64,000 nt of DNA from Pirellulaceae bacterium. GTDB taxonomy: Bacteria; Planctomycetota; Planctomycetia; Pirellulales; Pirellulaceae. Every line of letters starts with the position of its first letter. Positions within the stretch are counted from its first letter, which is position 1. Under the pieces are notes generated by a model. It ran no database searches and was not told where the DNA came from. It was given only the letters and a program-made list of their open reading frames with translations. This document shows, one piece after another, positions 28,901 to 39,500 of the stretch. The translations under genes were made by a program, and so were the position numbers. The stretch covers positions 7,751 through 71,750 of the forward strand of contig JBGTAI010000146.1 in the NCBI GenBank assembly GCA_041749955.1. The letters run 5' to 3'.

Positions 28901-30538
28901 ATCACTCTCTACAGCCGTGTCAACCGTTGGATCGACAGTGACTGCGACCGAGGAAGCACCAGCTGGAATCGTTACGCTCGTGGAAGTACCGGTGAAGTCC
29001 GTTCCGGCGGTAGCCGTACCAGTCGTCGTATAATTGATCGTTAAAGGATCAGTCGTTGCGCCGGTTCTTGAGAACGTGTAAACCAAATTAGTAGCGCCAT
29101 CTTCAAGCACGCTGGCTGGCGAGACATTCACACTAACGGTTGGAACTTGGCTGACGCCAATTGCCGAGATTGTGAACGATCCAGTCGATGCATTGATCAA
29201 GACATCATCTTGAACGAGCGTTGTACCAGCACCACCTGGATACAACAAAATGGCTTCAACGTCTTCAGCCGGATTCAGCGAAATACTGAGGTTGCTGACT
29301 GGAGCGGTGAATCGCACGGGAATGCTGAATGCATCCACGGGCTCAACCAGAAAGTCGAACTGAGACTGGCCCGTGATACCGTCAGCAACCACGCGTCCCA
29401 GGACACCGACCTCGTTGAACGCGTCCGTCGTTCCATTTGGGTCAAACGTTCCAAAGCTACGTGAGTTGTAGAACTCGCCGTTCGTGTTCCCAGCATCATC
29501 AGTGAAATTCCGGCTGCGAACATCAAAGGACGACGGTAGCGCAGCACCGTTGATTGATCCGTCAGGATTAAATGGTGCAGCAGTTCGAACATCAACCGGG
29601 TCTGTCGTTCCACCAATCACAGGGTTAGGCAAATTCAATCCGCCCAAGTTCAAATCGCGATAGGCGATCTGGAGAATCGGTTCAGCAGGTGGATCACCAG
29701 CAGCCACCGTACGTGTCAGATTCGTGACGCGAAATTGTGACGAGTTATATCCAAGTTGAATCAGAGCTTGAGAAACCTCGAAAACACCACGGTTAAAAAA
29801 GTTGTTCCGCGTGATCGTTACTGGTGCAGGAATTGTTGTTTGACCCGGCAAAGGAGCATCTAAGCCGAATGTGAACGATCCCGATTGGCCAGACACATTG
29901 AACGCAGAATCAAACGTCAATGTCTGCAGCTCAGTCAACACAGGCTGAAGAACGCCAGACTGACTCAATGTGATGTCGGTTGAAATTTGGAACGCACCTA
30001 AAGCCTGGCTATCGGGCGTACGCAAGTCAGCGTAGGAAAGCTCCAAGTAGAAAATGTCGCCGACATTAACCGTGTAATCTCGGATACCTGCGTTGGTTCC
30101 AGTTGGCGTGATGGTTGTATCGGTGGAGCTTCTTGGCTCCAAGAACAGCTCAACCTTTTCGCCAACTCCTTCGCCCAGGTTCATCGCATTGATGACGGCT
30201 AAGGCATCGGCAGCTGTAACAACGTGGTCAGCATTCACATCGACCATCGCAGAAACGCCCATTCCCTGAGTGATCCTTGTTCCGCTTCCATGCAGATTCA
30301 AGAAGTTGATCACCGCCAATGCGTCATTCGCAGTAATTGCACGGTTTTGGTCAACGTCCTCCGCGTCCAAATAATTGTGCGCCAATGCAATATCGCCAGC
30401 GAGCAACTGTCGCTTCTCCAAAGGCTCGCCCCGAAGTCGTCGCGACTTGTCTGAGCGGCTTTTTTGGCTGTTTCTGGTTCGATTTGAATCGGAACTCAGC
30501 CATCCAGAGCGACGAAGTAATTGGCGCAGATTTTTCAT
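25991..30538 (-). CDS. Large extracellular protein: basic LExR leader, N-terminal dockerin pair, 5x Calx-beta, cadherin/VCBS-like region, SdrD-B/CarboxypepD_reg-like domain
   Basis: 1515-aa uninterrupted ORF. Motifs: RRLRGEPLEKRQLLAG; DVDQNRAITANDALAVINFLN and DVNADHVVTAADALAVINAMN; five repeats of the type VSPASV.EDGATNLVYTFTRTGATTSALT.NY...GTATAGTDFTG; GINDAPVATND; DGSYEFTNLPPGTYTVSYV. Confidence 0.9.
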   Translation of the reverse strand: MKNLRQLLRRSGWLSSDSNRTRNSQKSRSDKSRRLRGEPLEKRQLLAGDIALAHNYLDAEDVDQNRAITANDALAVINFLNLHGSGTRITQGMGVSAMVDVNADHVVTAADALAVINAMNLGEGVGEKVELFLEPRSSTDTTITPTGTNAGIRDYTVNVGDIFYLELSYADLRTPDSQALGAFQISTDITLSQSGVLQPVLTELQTLTFDSAFNVSGQSGSFTFGLDAPLPGQTTIPAPVTITRNNFFNRGVFEVSQALIQLGYNSSQFRVTNLTRTVAAGDPPAEPILQIAYRDLNLGGLNLPNPVIGGTTDPVDVRTAAPFNPDGSINGAALPSSFDVRSRNFTDDAGNTNGEFYNSRSFGTFDPNGTTDAFNEVGVLGRVVADGITGQSQFDFLVEPVDAFSIPVRFTAPVSNLSISLNPAEDVEAILLYPGGAGTTLVQDDVLINASTGSFTISAIGVSQVPTVSVNVSPASVLEDGATNLVYTFSRTGATTDPLTINYTTTGTATAGTDFTGTSTSVTIPAGASSVAVTVDPTVDTAVESDETVVLAITANAAVYSVSTTAGSATGTITDDDAVVALPTVSVAVSPASVLEDGATNLVYTFTRTGATTSALTINYAVTGTATAGTDFTGTSTSVVIPAGASSATVTVDPTADVAVEGDETVVLTISANTAVYTVSGTAGVATGTITDDEGLPTISVAVSPISVTEDGATNLVYTFTRTGATTSALTVNYATSGTASATSDFTGTGTSVVIPAGSASATVTVDPTADTTVEPDETVVLTITANAGVYAVSGTAGSATGTISNDDVALPSVSVAVSPASVTEDGAANLVYTFTRTGATTSALTVNYTTSGTATAGTDFTGTSTSVVIPVGASSVTVTVNPTADTVVESDETVVLTISPNATVYTVGTSAATGTITNDDFGPSTISVAVSPSSVVENGTPNLVYTFTRTGGSNASALTVNYSVSGTATAGTDYTGTSTSVVFAAGAATATVTVDPTADTLTEGNETVVLTITPNSGVYVVSSTAAAATGTITDPPVTNQPPVVSGPVTRTVTEDDAATTVNLLANASDPNTGDVLAVSNLTLTSGNAAGIVQNGNSLSITPSAYNSLTGGQSAVVVYGYNVTDGNGGSTPATATITITGINDAPVATNDPNLMAFAGATTRLNVLVNDNAGGGETQTLTVTAATLTSGNATVAPTADGTAVNLTAPAGAIGTVTFTYTIRDAGGATATATATVNVQDFNPSTIRGAAFFDTIMNLSAVIGGATPVRDGIKSADETALGGVAIRLESAASANAINQTISRTVFTELDGSYEFTNLPPGTYTVSYVIPETIVYGRDIAGTAGSDGTPNGSMVITIAEPGGSTRSGINFTAYGTRSTGAAGSGIAYLDLLTTSYLASNAEILAMSNGGREGGTVSLSATGTQDFVSMGEGFTDVKFAEFTLNATRDAALLTIIGQDNVARTARLDSNHFVASADGRSVRFFGGQEDFTFVNSDAALIQQEFANFRNLVDQIMSSIT
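27434..29143 (-). repeat. Five tandem in-frame Calx-beta domain repeats (aa 466-1035, period about 112-117 aa / about 345 nt)
   Basis: Repeat starts are at aa 466, 583, 697, 812 and 924 (PTVSV/PTISV/PSVSV/PSTISV). By eye the nucleotide copies are diverged, not identical. Confidence 0.85.
30176..30358 (-). other. Dockerin-type repeat pair (aa 61-121 of the 1515-aa protein)
   Basis: Two 22-aa EF-hand-like repeats of the form DVxxxxxxTAxDALAVINxxN. Confidence 0.7.
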
Positions 30539-30805
30539 CTGGGGTCTCGGAAAGATGAAGTCGGGTGAGGGTGTACTTATTGCCGAGGACGCCCAGAGGC
30601 ATTCACGGACTTGAAAACAAGGTCCGAACGAAAATTCAGACGAACAGACCAGCTGGGAAACTCGGAATAGTCGCCCTATCTTATCTCAAACGCCTCGTTT
30701 ATCAACGATTTCGGAAAAAACGTTTTTCGAGGCCATTTGGGGCGGTCTTTAGACCTCGTTTTCGCTTGAAGGTTCCGTATTTTCCGCATTTAGCACCAAA
30801 AAGGC

Positions 30806-33412
30806 TTAAGTCGATAAATCCGGCGCCAACGGTTGTCCAATCTTTTTATGGTTCAAGGAACCAATTTGTTTTGCGGATCGGCTACCACGCCAGTCCGTTT
30901 CGCCATATCGGTCAGGATGAATTGACCCGGTATCCCCAACAGCCAAATTCTTAAAGGAGCCACTCTTAAGCCTCCATCTGGTTGTATCGGGTGTTGGCTC
31001 CACGTTACTTGCAGACCCAAAGCCATAAACGTCAGGGTCACCCCAACCCGCCAAGACAACGTCACGTGACGGATTAGTTGTGGGGGTCATCGAAAGTACG
31101 GAACTCGCATAAGCGGCACCACTTCCGAACTGCTCGCCGCCAATCTGGCCGCCGCCTGAAGCGTCGTTCAGATTCAGCCAATTGACAACGGTGAGCGCAT
31201 CGAGCGCGCTAACACGACCATCGTTATTTACATCGACAAGCGAGGTCGGAACTTCATCGTGACGGATAACGCGAGATTCATGCAGATTCAAGTCGAGAAT
31301 CACACCGAGGGCATCAGCAGCGGTGATGGAACCGTCTCGGTTAACGTCTTCGGCTAGTTCGGTATTGTGAAACGGACTGTCCACGCTCCGTATGGAAATC
31401 GGCGTTAGAACAGTGGCAACACCGGTAACATCGAAGGAGATGGTCGAAAACTCAGGAGCCTGAGTGACGTTCTCAGTGACGATCGATAACTGATACGTTC
31501 CCAACGGAAGGTTGGGAAACCGAAAAGTGCCCTCAGCACCCGTTGCTACAGTCGCTGTTGCGCCGAAACTAATTTCGCTAATCGCAATCCGCGATCCGAT
31601 ATGACCAAAAACTTTAACGGACGAAATTCGTCCCTCTGGGTCGGAAATGCTTAAACGCGTGGATTCGCCTGGAAGTAACCGATCCGAGGTCACTCGTTGG
31701 ATCAAGTCTCCATTCAGGTCGTAAGCTTCGATTCTTCCATAACTGATTGGTGATAACCCTGAAACTTGCAGCCCTACGTTTCCGAGCGGGGAATCGAAAT
31801 CTGCAACAAAAGCAAGCGATTCAGTAAAGGCATCGGTGAATTCACCGGTTCGATTGTCGAAACCTTTGAATACGCGTCTTCCATCAAGCGACGATGACGC
31901 GAAAGAGAAAATAGGGGTCCGCAATCCTTGTTGACTGACGGAAGCAAGGGTTGCACCACTGGTGTTTTGAATCTCAACATCCCCGAATTCGGCTGCGTTG
32001 ATGTTGCCGCCAATTAACGGTGATCCATCGGCAGAAGCCAGCTTCAACGTCACGCCCGCAAGTATGCTTTCCACGGCATCACGAAAATCGTCAACGTTTG
32101 CGTCGAGGTAGGTAAAGCCAAGTATGCTAGCGGACGTCATGGCTGGTGTTGTTGGCGTGCCTTCAAGCACTTCACTGGTGATTCCCGTCACAGCATCAAT
32201 CACTCGCCAACGTATCGAGTTGAACTCTTGCACAGAAACAGACACGTCGAACGAGTCGACGACTTGGGCATCCGGTGACTCGGCGACCTGCCAAGGACCA
32301 TTGTCCAAACTGTATTCGATGCGGCTGATGCGATTGAGCGTGATATCGCTCTGATTACCAGCTGAATTTTGATTAATGAACGGTACGGCGGAAGCACTTC
32401 CACGCAAGTGATACGTCGATGTGATGGGATCAAAAGATCCAATCGCTTGCAAATCCAGCGGCACGTCGGCGAGGTCAAAAACTCCATCACCATCACTGTC
32501 TTGCCAACCGAGCATCGCAAGTGTTGACGCCGGACTCGTGTGAGCCGCATACGCTTCTTGCAACGGACCGCCGCCGCGCATGATACTGATTTCTTGCGTA
32601 AATCCAGGCGTCGGGTTGTCAGCCGCATTCGTATTTTGCGTATCGTAATAGCCACGACGCTCATCCCAGGAACTGCCGCCCGGATACTCGTCACGCGCCC
32701 AGAAAATGTGGCCTGTTTCGTGCGTGATGGTCGATGCGGGTCGAGTCGAGGGCATCACAATGAACTGACCACCGGCATAGGCAAACGCACCGGAGAACGC
32801 ACCGCCACTGGCGAATGTACCATCAGGCTCGTCTGACGCGTCGGCTACAAAGATCGTATAGGCCCAATCGGCGTTGTATTTCTCTCGTTGTGCATTGTTG
32901 AATAGATAAACGGCATCCTGGAAGCCTCGAACACCTTCGAGTCCCTGGGCATCAAGAAAGTCTCGTCCATAAAGCAAGAAACCCTCGCTACTACGATCGA
33001 TCGGCTCGTACTGCGTTTCGAATGGAGTTGTCGCAAACGAGGAATCAATGAAAAATTCGAGCTCGTGTCGATCCGTAATTTGGGCCAGTGTTTCGGACCA
33101 CCAATCGGTCGCCTCGACAACTTTGACCAAGAAATCGTCAATCTCCGACGCGGACCAATTTTGAGTATTGTCGTCCAGCGACCCGTCACTCTCAAAGAGA
33201 ACCGGCGTCACCACAACTCGCCCGAGCAAAAACTCCCCTGTATCGGTGGGAGTAACACCAAGCGGATTAGCCGCCATCATCGCACGTGATTCCAGACACT
33301 CAGTAAACAGTCGTCGAGAACGACGATTGCGAGTCGCGAGCCGTTTTGAAAAGCATCGAAACATGCGTCGAGGTATTTTCCGGATTAAGGAAAGGTAGCG
33401 TGTATCCATCAT
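30806..33412 (-). CDS. Secreted zinc metallopeptidase-like protein (HExxH...DEY) with C-terminal dockerin pair
   Basis: ITHETGHIFWARDEY (HETGH at 32708-32722), GTFRFPNLPLGTYQL, DVNRDGSITAADALGVILDLN and DVNNDGRVSALDALTVVNWLN. The leader is RRSRRLFTECLESRAMMAA. I prefer the ATG at 33412; the track's 33448 start is a TTG. Confidence 0.85.
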   Translation of the reverse strand: MMDTRYLSLIRKIPRRMFRCFSKRLATRNRRSRRLFTECLESRAMMAANPLGVTPTDTGEFLLGRVVVTPVLFESDGSLDDNTQNWSASEIDDFLVKVVEATDWWSETLAQITDRHELEFFIDSSFATTPFETQYEPIDRSSEGFLLYGRDFLDAQGLEGVRGFQDAVYLFNNAQREKYNADWAYTIFVADASDEPDGTFASGGAFSGAFAYAGGQFIVMPSTRPASTITHETGHIFWARDEYPGGSSWDERRGYYDTQNTNAADNPTPGFTQEISIMRGGGPLQEAYAAHTSPASTLAMLGWQDSDGDGVFDLADVPLDLQAIGSFDPITSTYHLRGSASAVPFINQNSAGNQSDITLNRISRIEYSLDNGPWQVAESPDAQVVDSFDVSVSVQEFNSIRWRVIDAVTGITSEVLEGTPTTPAMTSASILGFTYLDANVDDFRDAVESILAGVTLKLASADGSPLIGGNINAAEFGDVEIQNTSGATLASVSQQGLRTPIFSFASSSLDGRRVFKGFDNRTGEFTDAFTESLAFVADFDSPLGNVGLQVSGLSPISYGRIEAYDLNGDLIQRVTSDRLLPGESTRLSISDPEGRISSVKVFGHIGSRIAISEISFGATATVATGAEGTFRFPNLPLGTYQLSIVTENVTQAPEFSTISFDVTGVATVLTPISIRSVDSPFHNTELAEDVNRDGSITAADALGVILDLNLHESRVIRHDEVPTSLVDVNNDGRVSALDALTVVNWLNLNDASGGGQIGGEQFGSGAAYASSVLSMTPTTNPSRDVVLAGWGDPDVYGFGSASNVEPTPDTTRWRLKSGSFKNLAVGDTGSIHPDRYGETDWRGSRSAKQIGSLNHKKIGQPLAPDLST
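31169..31348 (-). other. Dockerin-type repeat pair of the metallopeptidase-like protein
   Basis: aa 701-760 (numbered from 33448). Two DVNxDGxxxAxDAL repeats. Confidence 0.7.
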
Positions 33413-33578
33413 CGGTTGACGGAAGTCGCACAATCCTAAGACTCCCAAACTAGTGAGATGTTTCCCGTAATCGGCAAAAACTTGCCAAACGGTAACGCCG
33501 CCTAGTTATCTTACGTCCCGCGACGCAACGGTGACGGAAAAATCACCGCTGCCGAAGTCAGAATGTCGTGCCGAAGCT

Positions 33579-36500
33579 CTACATTTGCGAGAAAATTGCA
33601 TCGAACGGATTGAGCTCTGAATCGCTGGAATCCGCCCCTAAACGAGCACTTGCATTATCCTCAGCGATCAAATCCACAATCGAATCAAGTTCGATAATGG
33701 CTCGAGGGTCAAAGACGCTCGATTGATCAATTGCCTTTTTCGGCGCGCTCTCACTTGGAAGCGACACTTCCTCTCGCAGCAAACCATCGGCGCCCGATGA
33801 ACCATTGATCAGTGCGTCGCCGATGAGCGTTGCTTGTGACGCAAGCACACCGCTTGCTGTGCGGACAAAACCAGTCGTGAGCAACTCACCTTCACCTGAG
33901 GCACCATTCGCGTCAGCCTGATTCAAAATCTGGATCACCGCCAACGCATCGGCCGCCGAAATTTGGCCGTCACCATTGACGTCCGGGAATACCGGCAAGA
34001 CGAACCCAGGAGGCAACGGATCGCTTAGATTGATGGTCCTCGCATTGGGATCAACCGACTGGTACCGATTCAAGACGTTAATGATCTGGAGTGCATCAAG
34101 CGGCGTCGATGCACCACTATTATTGACGTCACCCGGTCTCACCGGATTCGTAAACGGATTGTTCGTGATAAACAACGAATAATCTTCTACTTCACCGCTG
34201 GCGGCGTCACCAGTTGGCCCAAGCAAGACAGCAAGACCATTAGCATCAAAAACCGGTTCGCTCAATCGGAACCTAGCGTATATCTCACCTGTGGCGGCAT
34301 CGGCGGGCACGGTTACGGGAACAATATTCACTCCGGTCGAAAGCGGAATACGTCCAGTACCAGCTGATCCATATCGAATCACTTCATTGGCATCGAACAA
34401 CTTGTTGCCGTTCCAATCGAACCAGGCGTCAACGTAGAACGCACGACCAGCCACACTATTCACATTAATCGTCAGCTGGCTTTGGAATCCGGCACGCATG
34501 GAAACAGGAATGCCGATTCCATCGTCTTCATCTGCGTTGGGCACCAATGCGTCAGCATCCGGCGTTACCGTCGCACCAAGAGTGAATGTCGGATCGATTG
34601 CGTGTCGTGGACGTAAACCAGATGCAAGCGACTGATACGGTGCTGGCGCGTCTCCGAAGTCGAAACCATTTCCGATGAAGATCGTCAACTCGGTCTTACC
34701 GTTGGACTGGTTGCTTTGCAAACGATTACCAACCAAGTCAGCAACTACCGCGGAACCAACCGCTCCCACACCGCTTATGCCATTCGTGCCTTCAACAAAA
34801 ATGCGATCATTGATCAACGACGTCGTCACGCCTGCAAGACTGAGAGATTCAATAACGCTTTGAATTGAAGCGGCAACACTTGCACGGCTCTGGTCGATCT
34901 GAATCGTGATCGGAACCGTCGCAACTTCGCCCGCAATGCCAACTTGTGTCAACACACTTGCTGTAACGTCAACGGAGTAATTCGCATCTCCTCCGAGGAA
35001 TACCCTACCAAACCCGACATTGGATGGGCTCAAACCCAGACCTGTACCACCCACCGCACGAACGATCTCATTTGCAATGTCGTCAAGAGTCGACACCGCA
35101 CTGAAGCGAATTGGGATTGCTCCCGTCGTTGAAATCACATTGTCGTTATCAAACTCAAACGTGAATGCTGTTCTGGCTCCACGACGAACCACGAAGACTT
35201 GACCATCAACAATCGTGTCAGCTGGCCGAGCACCATCGGCTGGAATCTGAAGGCCGAAACCAATTGCCGTTCCGACGGCTCCGGATACCGCAGCAAGCGT
35301 ACTGCTTGAAGTTACTGAGGCGAGTGGATTCGCTCCGAGCAACTGTATATTCGAGCCATTGGTAACGGCAGTCAAAGTTAAGCCGCCAGTTGCATTAATC
35401 GCCGCTGCGATGCTTGCCCCGATCTCTTCAACCGTTGGCAACCCGGAAACGTCCACTGGAATACTATCGACACCGGTAATTCCGTTATCATCCAGCTCGT
35501 AAATCACCGTATTGACGCCATCGAAAACCTCAAGAGTCAATCCATCCGCTGCACCGACCGTTTGCAGAATCGTCGAAAGTGCAATCGTAATCCCAGTTTC
35601 ATACTCAAACGTTGTTGTTACACCGGACGAATCGATGACACTCAATCGCGTTCCATCGAAGTAACCAGATCCGTCCGAAGCAGAGATAACTGCATCGCTT
35701 GAATCGATCAACCGAATTACATAGGTTGCCTCGCGAGCGAAGACGCCCGCGATCGGTGTCAATCGAATGACATTCGTACTTGGGTTATATCCGAATCGAT
35801 AGTCGATCCCTTCAACCAAAGGCACATTGTCTTTGAACAACAAGACGGAGCCGCTCGTTACGGTTCGATCGTCGATCCCAGTCCCGGGCGTTACGTCCGC
35901 TGGAGCAAGACCATCAAGTAGCTGAATTTCAAATGCTCTTGGTGCCTCACCAAAAACGCTCACGACACCCGCGCTCAAACCAAGATCCGGTGCGGTTGGT
36001 GAAAGAAGAACGGCTCGAGGTCCAAAGAGGTCACCACGATCCGAGGCACCACGATCTTTGAATACTCGTTCACCCAAACCACTTGGCGTTTCAACATTCG
36101 GATCGTCGATTCGAAGCTGACCGTTAACGTCCAAACGTGGAGCGAGGATCGGCGAGGTCGGCAAACCTAACGGATTCTTGACTGCGGTCAAACTCGATCG
36201 GTCTTCCACCGAGTCAATTGAACTATCGATAATTCGAGAACCAGCGGACGGCGAAAACACAAGTTCAGCTGGTGCAATGAATACCGACTCACTGCTCGTT
36301 AACTGCTGAGCAAACTGGCCAATAGAAGCCCCTGCAGGAACATCCAATGTGTTGCGATAAAACGCGTTTCCACCAACGATCGGCAAAGTGCTTCCCACCG
36401 GCAATACGATACCGACATCCGAATTAGCAACAACATTATTGAGGAGTGCTGGGGCCGCTTGGCCAACAACATTAATTCCGTTACCTCCGGCCGTGTACCG

Positions 36501-39500
36501 ATCAACCGGCACTGTCGTTAGAGCTCCGATTGCATCGATGTCAGCACCAAGCGAAGAACTGGTGGTGCTGCCTTGACGCAAATCGGTCAACCTAACGAAA
36601 GCGAATCGATCTTGCGGTCCAAAACCTGCCGCGTCCAAGTCAATCTGGTTAGTTAATCCACCGAGAATTCCTACCGTAAAGAAGGTGATTCCGTCACGAC
36701 TGACTTGAACTTGCACCGATTCAACATCGCCCGTTTCAAAAACGATTAAGTCTGGACGCGAATCTCCGCTGCCGGTCAGCAAGTTGTCGGTAAACTCGAC
36801 GACGAGCGAACCACCCAACCCGAGCGAGACAGTGAACTGACCGTCCACGGGTTCCGAACCGCGGCCGAGACGGTCGGGAGCCCCCAAAGCCGTCGTCGCA
36901 TTTTGGAAAATCGATGCTGGTGGCCGGCCGGTCGCATTGGGTGTGTAGGATACAACCGCATCCGCGAATGAAATCGCACCGCCCGGGAAAAATACTCCTT
37001 GGAATGTTTCCGATGGCGCAGTAAAGCCAGCTGTGATTGAACCGCCAACAATGGTGTTATTGACGATTCGTTCGAAAGGAATTGGATCACTTTGTGTCTC
37101 GCCAGCAGCTTGCAATCCAGCGATTTGAATGCCACCGTTTCCGTTGTAGGCAAAAATATTGCTCTGGACCACGACCCCTGGAATGATGCTTTCAGAATTC
37201 AACTCGACGAGATTGCGAGGGTATCGCAGGATCGAATTTGTATCGACGCCAGCCACATTCGCCGTCACATCGTGCGAAATATCCACACCATAATTTGTGT
37301 TAAACAGGAATCTTGTATTCTCAATTAGAATCACTCCCTGGCCATCGCGATCACGATTGGTATCGCCACGACGTGTGCTGCGATCGATTGACTCAAACGC
37401 ACCCGAATCGTCCACGACGACAATATCACCAGCCAGGTTAATTCTCGCGTCTGTGTCCGAATCAACACCGCTTGCCAACAACGCAGAAACCGCGAGAACT
37501 GAAGCGACGTCACTACGATTCACTGCCGCAACCACGCTCGCTGCAACTTCCGCAGCCGTCTGTGGTCGAACCACACCTGTTCCAGCAATCGGCAAGCCAG
37601 TTGTTGCATTAATTCGCTGAGACCCTGGGACTAATGCTGAAAGAGTAAACGGCACAGCAACATTGCCTGGGGTGACTCCGGTACCCGATTCAGTCAAATC
37701 AAATTCAAATACGACCGTCGCTCGACCATCGGTAATCTCAAACGTTTGTCCATCTCGAATTTGATCAGCACCGCGTACGACAACGCTTCGCGAATCAGCA
37801 AGCCGATCGTTGGTATCGAATGTGCGGAACGCCGAAGCGGTCTGCGAATTCAAGTACTCACTGGCGTCACGGATTTCGACTTGGTACGAGCCTGTGTTGA
37901 GGCTGCTCGTTGGATCAGCTGGCGAGGGGAACTGTGGTCGCAAGTCCTGAACAAACGGCGTGTCAACGACATTCGAGCCCGTTGCGATCTCACCTCGCTC
38001 CGCAAACCCGATGATGAAGTCATCAAGATAAACGCCTTCAAAATCGTTAGCGATGGCACCGCCGCGAACACCACTAGCAAACTGATCCCCCCAACGTTCG
38101 GATTCATCAACGAACGGACCAACATCATCAATCGTAAGTAACGGCAACCGAAGCGATGCTCCATCGATCGGCAACACGCTGACGTTTCCATTTGTAAATC
38201 GATCCGCCACGACTTGACGTAAAGCGCCCGCAACCTCATTGGCGGACATGAATCGGCTTACTGGTACTGGAATACCAAGCACATTTGATTGACCCGAAAT
38301 CGAGAACAAGCTGGAAGGCGATGCTTGAACATTTGCCAATCCGCCCAACTCAATCGCGTTGCTATCAGCCTGAATTGACAACGGCAAGTTCACAGCAACC
38401 GAAGCTTGGTACTTGCCAATTTGACCTGGCGATTGGTTGGTACCAAATCGCGGATCGTATGCGGTGTTCGGCTGACCGCTAATCCCAATGAATACTGTTC
38501 CCGACGAAGGAACTTGAAGCGTTGCCGAATTCGTATCAAGAACTGATGCTGGTATTTCGATTCCGAACTCGTCGAAGAAGCGGATCGTGCCTTGGATTGG
38601 AATCGAACCGACTGTGCTCAAATCCACCTTGAGAACGGTACCAGCAACAACTTCGACCCGTAGCATGTCCACGTCATTCGTGTTGACCACGTCCAACGCG
38701 AGAATCCGTGGATCGTCGAGATCTCCAAAATTCCGATCGTTGCCTAGCTGACCTACGCCTACAAACGTCATATTTCCGCCGCTATAAGGCAGAGCAATCG
38801 CTTCGAACGTTCGGTCGTTACGACCTCCTCCGGCGTTCGGGTCCGCGTCTTGTGCATCACTAAACAGCAACCCTGAAACAACCGGATTGGTGGGTGGGCT
38901 GATTCGAATCGCATCAGTCACAATCGCTGCAATCTCGGAAGCCGAAAGTGCTGCGAGCGATGTCCCCGCAGGTAATCCACCAAGCAACGGAATAGAAATT
39001 TGCCCGTTACCAATCACTCGTCGGCCATCATCGAGTACATACTGCTGACCATCCACCGTAATCGTGGCGGTCGCGTTCGGATCCGAGTACAAGTTCGCAA
39101 GTTGGGCGCCGGTTGGCAAACTTACGGTAGGCGCGAAATCGATCGAGAAGGTTTCTCCTCCGATCACGAAGCTCTGACCTTCAACCAGTTGGTCACCGGC
39201 CTTAGTTCGCAACGATGCACTACCTGTCTGGGTCGTTCCGGCAGTTGAAAATTCGACTCGCAGGCTCAACCCAGGCATTCCCGCGAATTCGCCAAGAGGA
39301 ACTCGTGCTTGACGCCAAGTGTTGGTGCTTGTGAATAGCTGCTGAACGTCAACATCGATGTTGTCATTGTACTGCCCAACTGGCGTCGGATCGTCAAACT
39401 CATCGTCAAACGCACCTCCACCGCGAGCCGTCTTATTGCTCGAAACCAAGTGTTGTGCACCGTCTTGAGTGACAACGTAGACACGGAGAGCATCACGTCC

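Noticed and set aside
27434-29143. 345-nt periodicity that could be mistaken for a non-coding tandem repeat or CRISPR-like array
   Set aside because: The periodicity is in frame within a long ORF and translates to Calx-beta domains. There is no short repeat/spacer structure.
30565-30954. 129-aa + strand ORF across the 1515-aa gene's upstream region
   Set aside because: It is a basic, low-complexity translation that overlaps the 3' end of the metallopeptidase-like gene, with no supporting motif.
33413-33448. TTG start at 33448 for the metallopeptidase-like gene
   Set aside because: The ATG-ATG at 33412 places the leader motif at the same distance from the N-terminus as in the two neighbouring proteins. 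The TTG start cannot be excluded.
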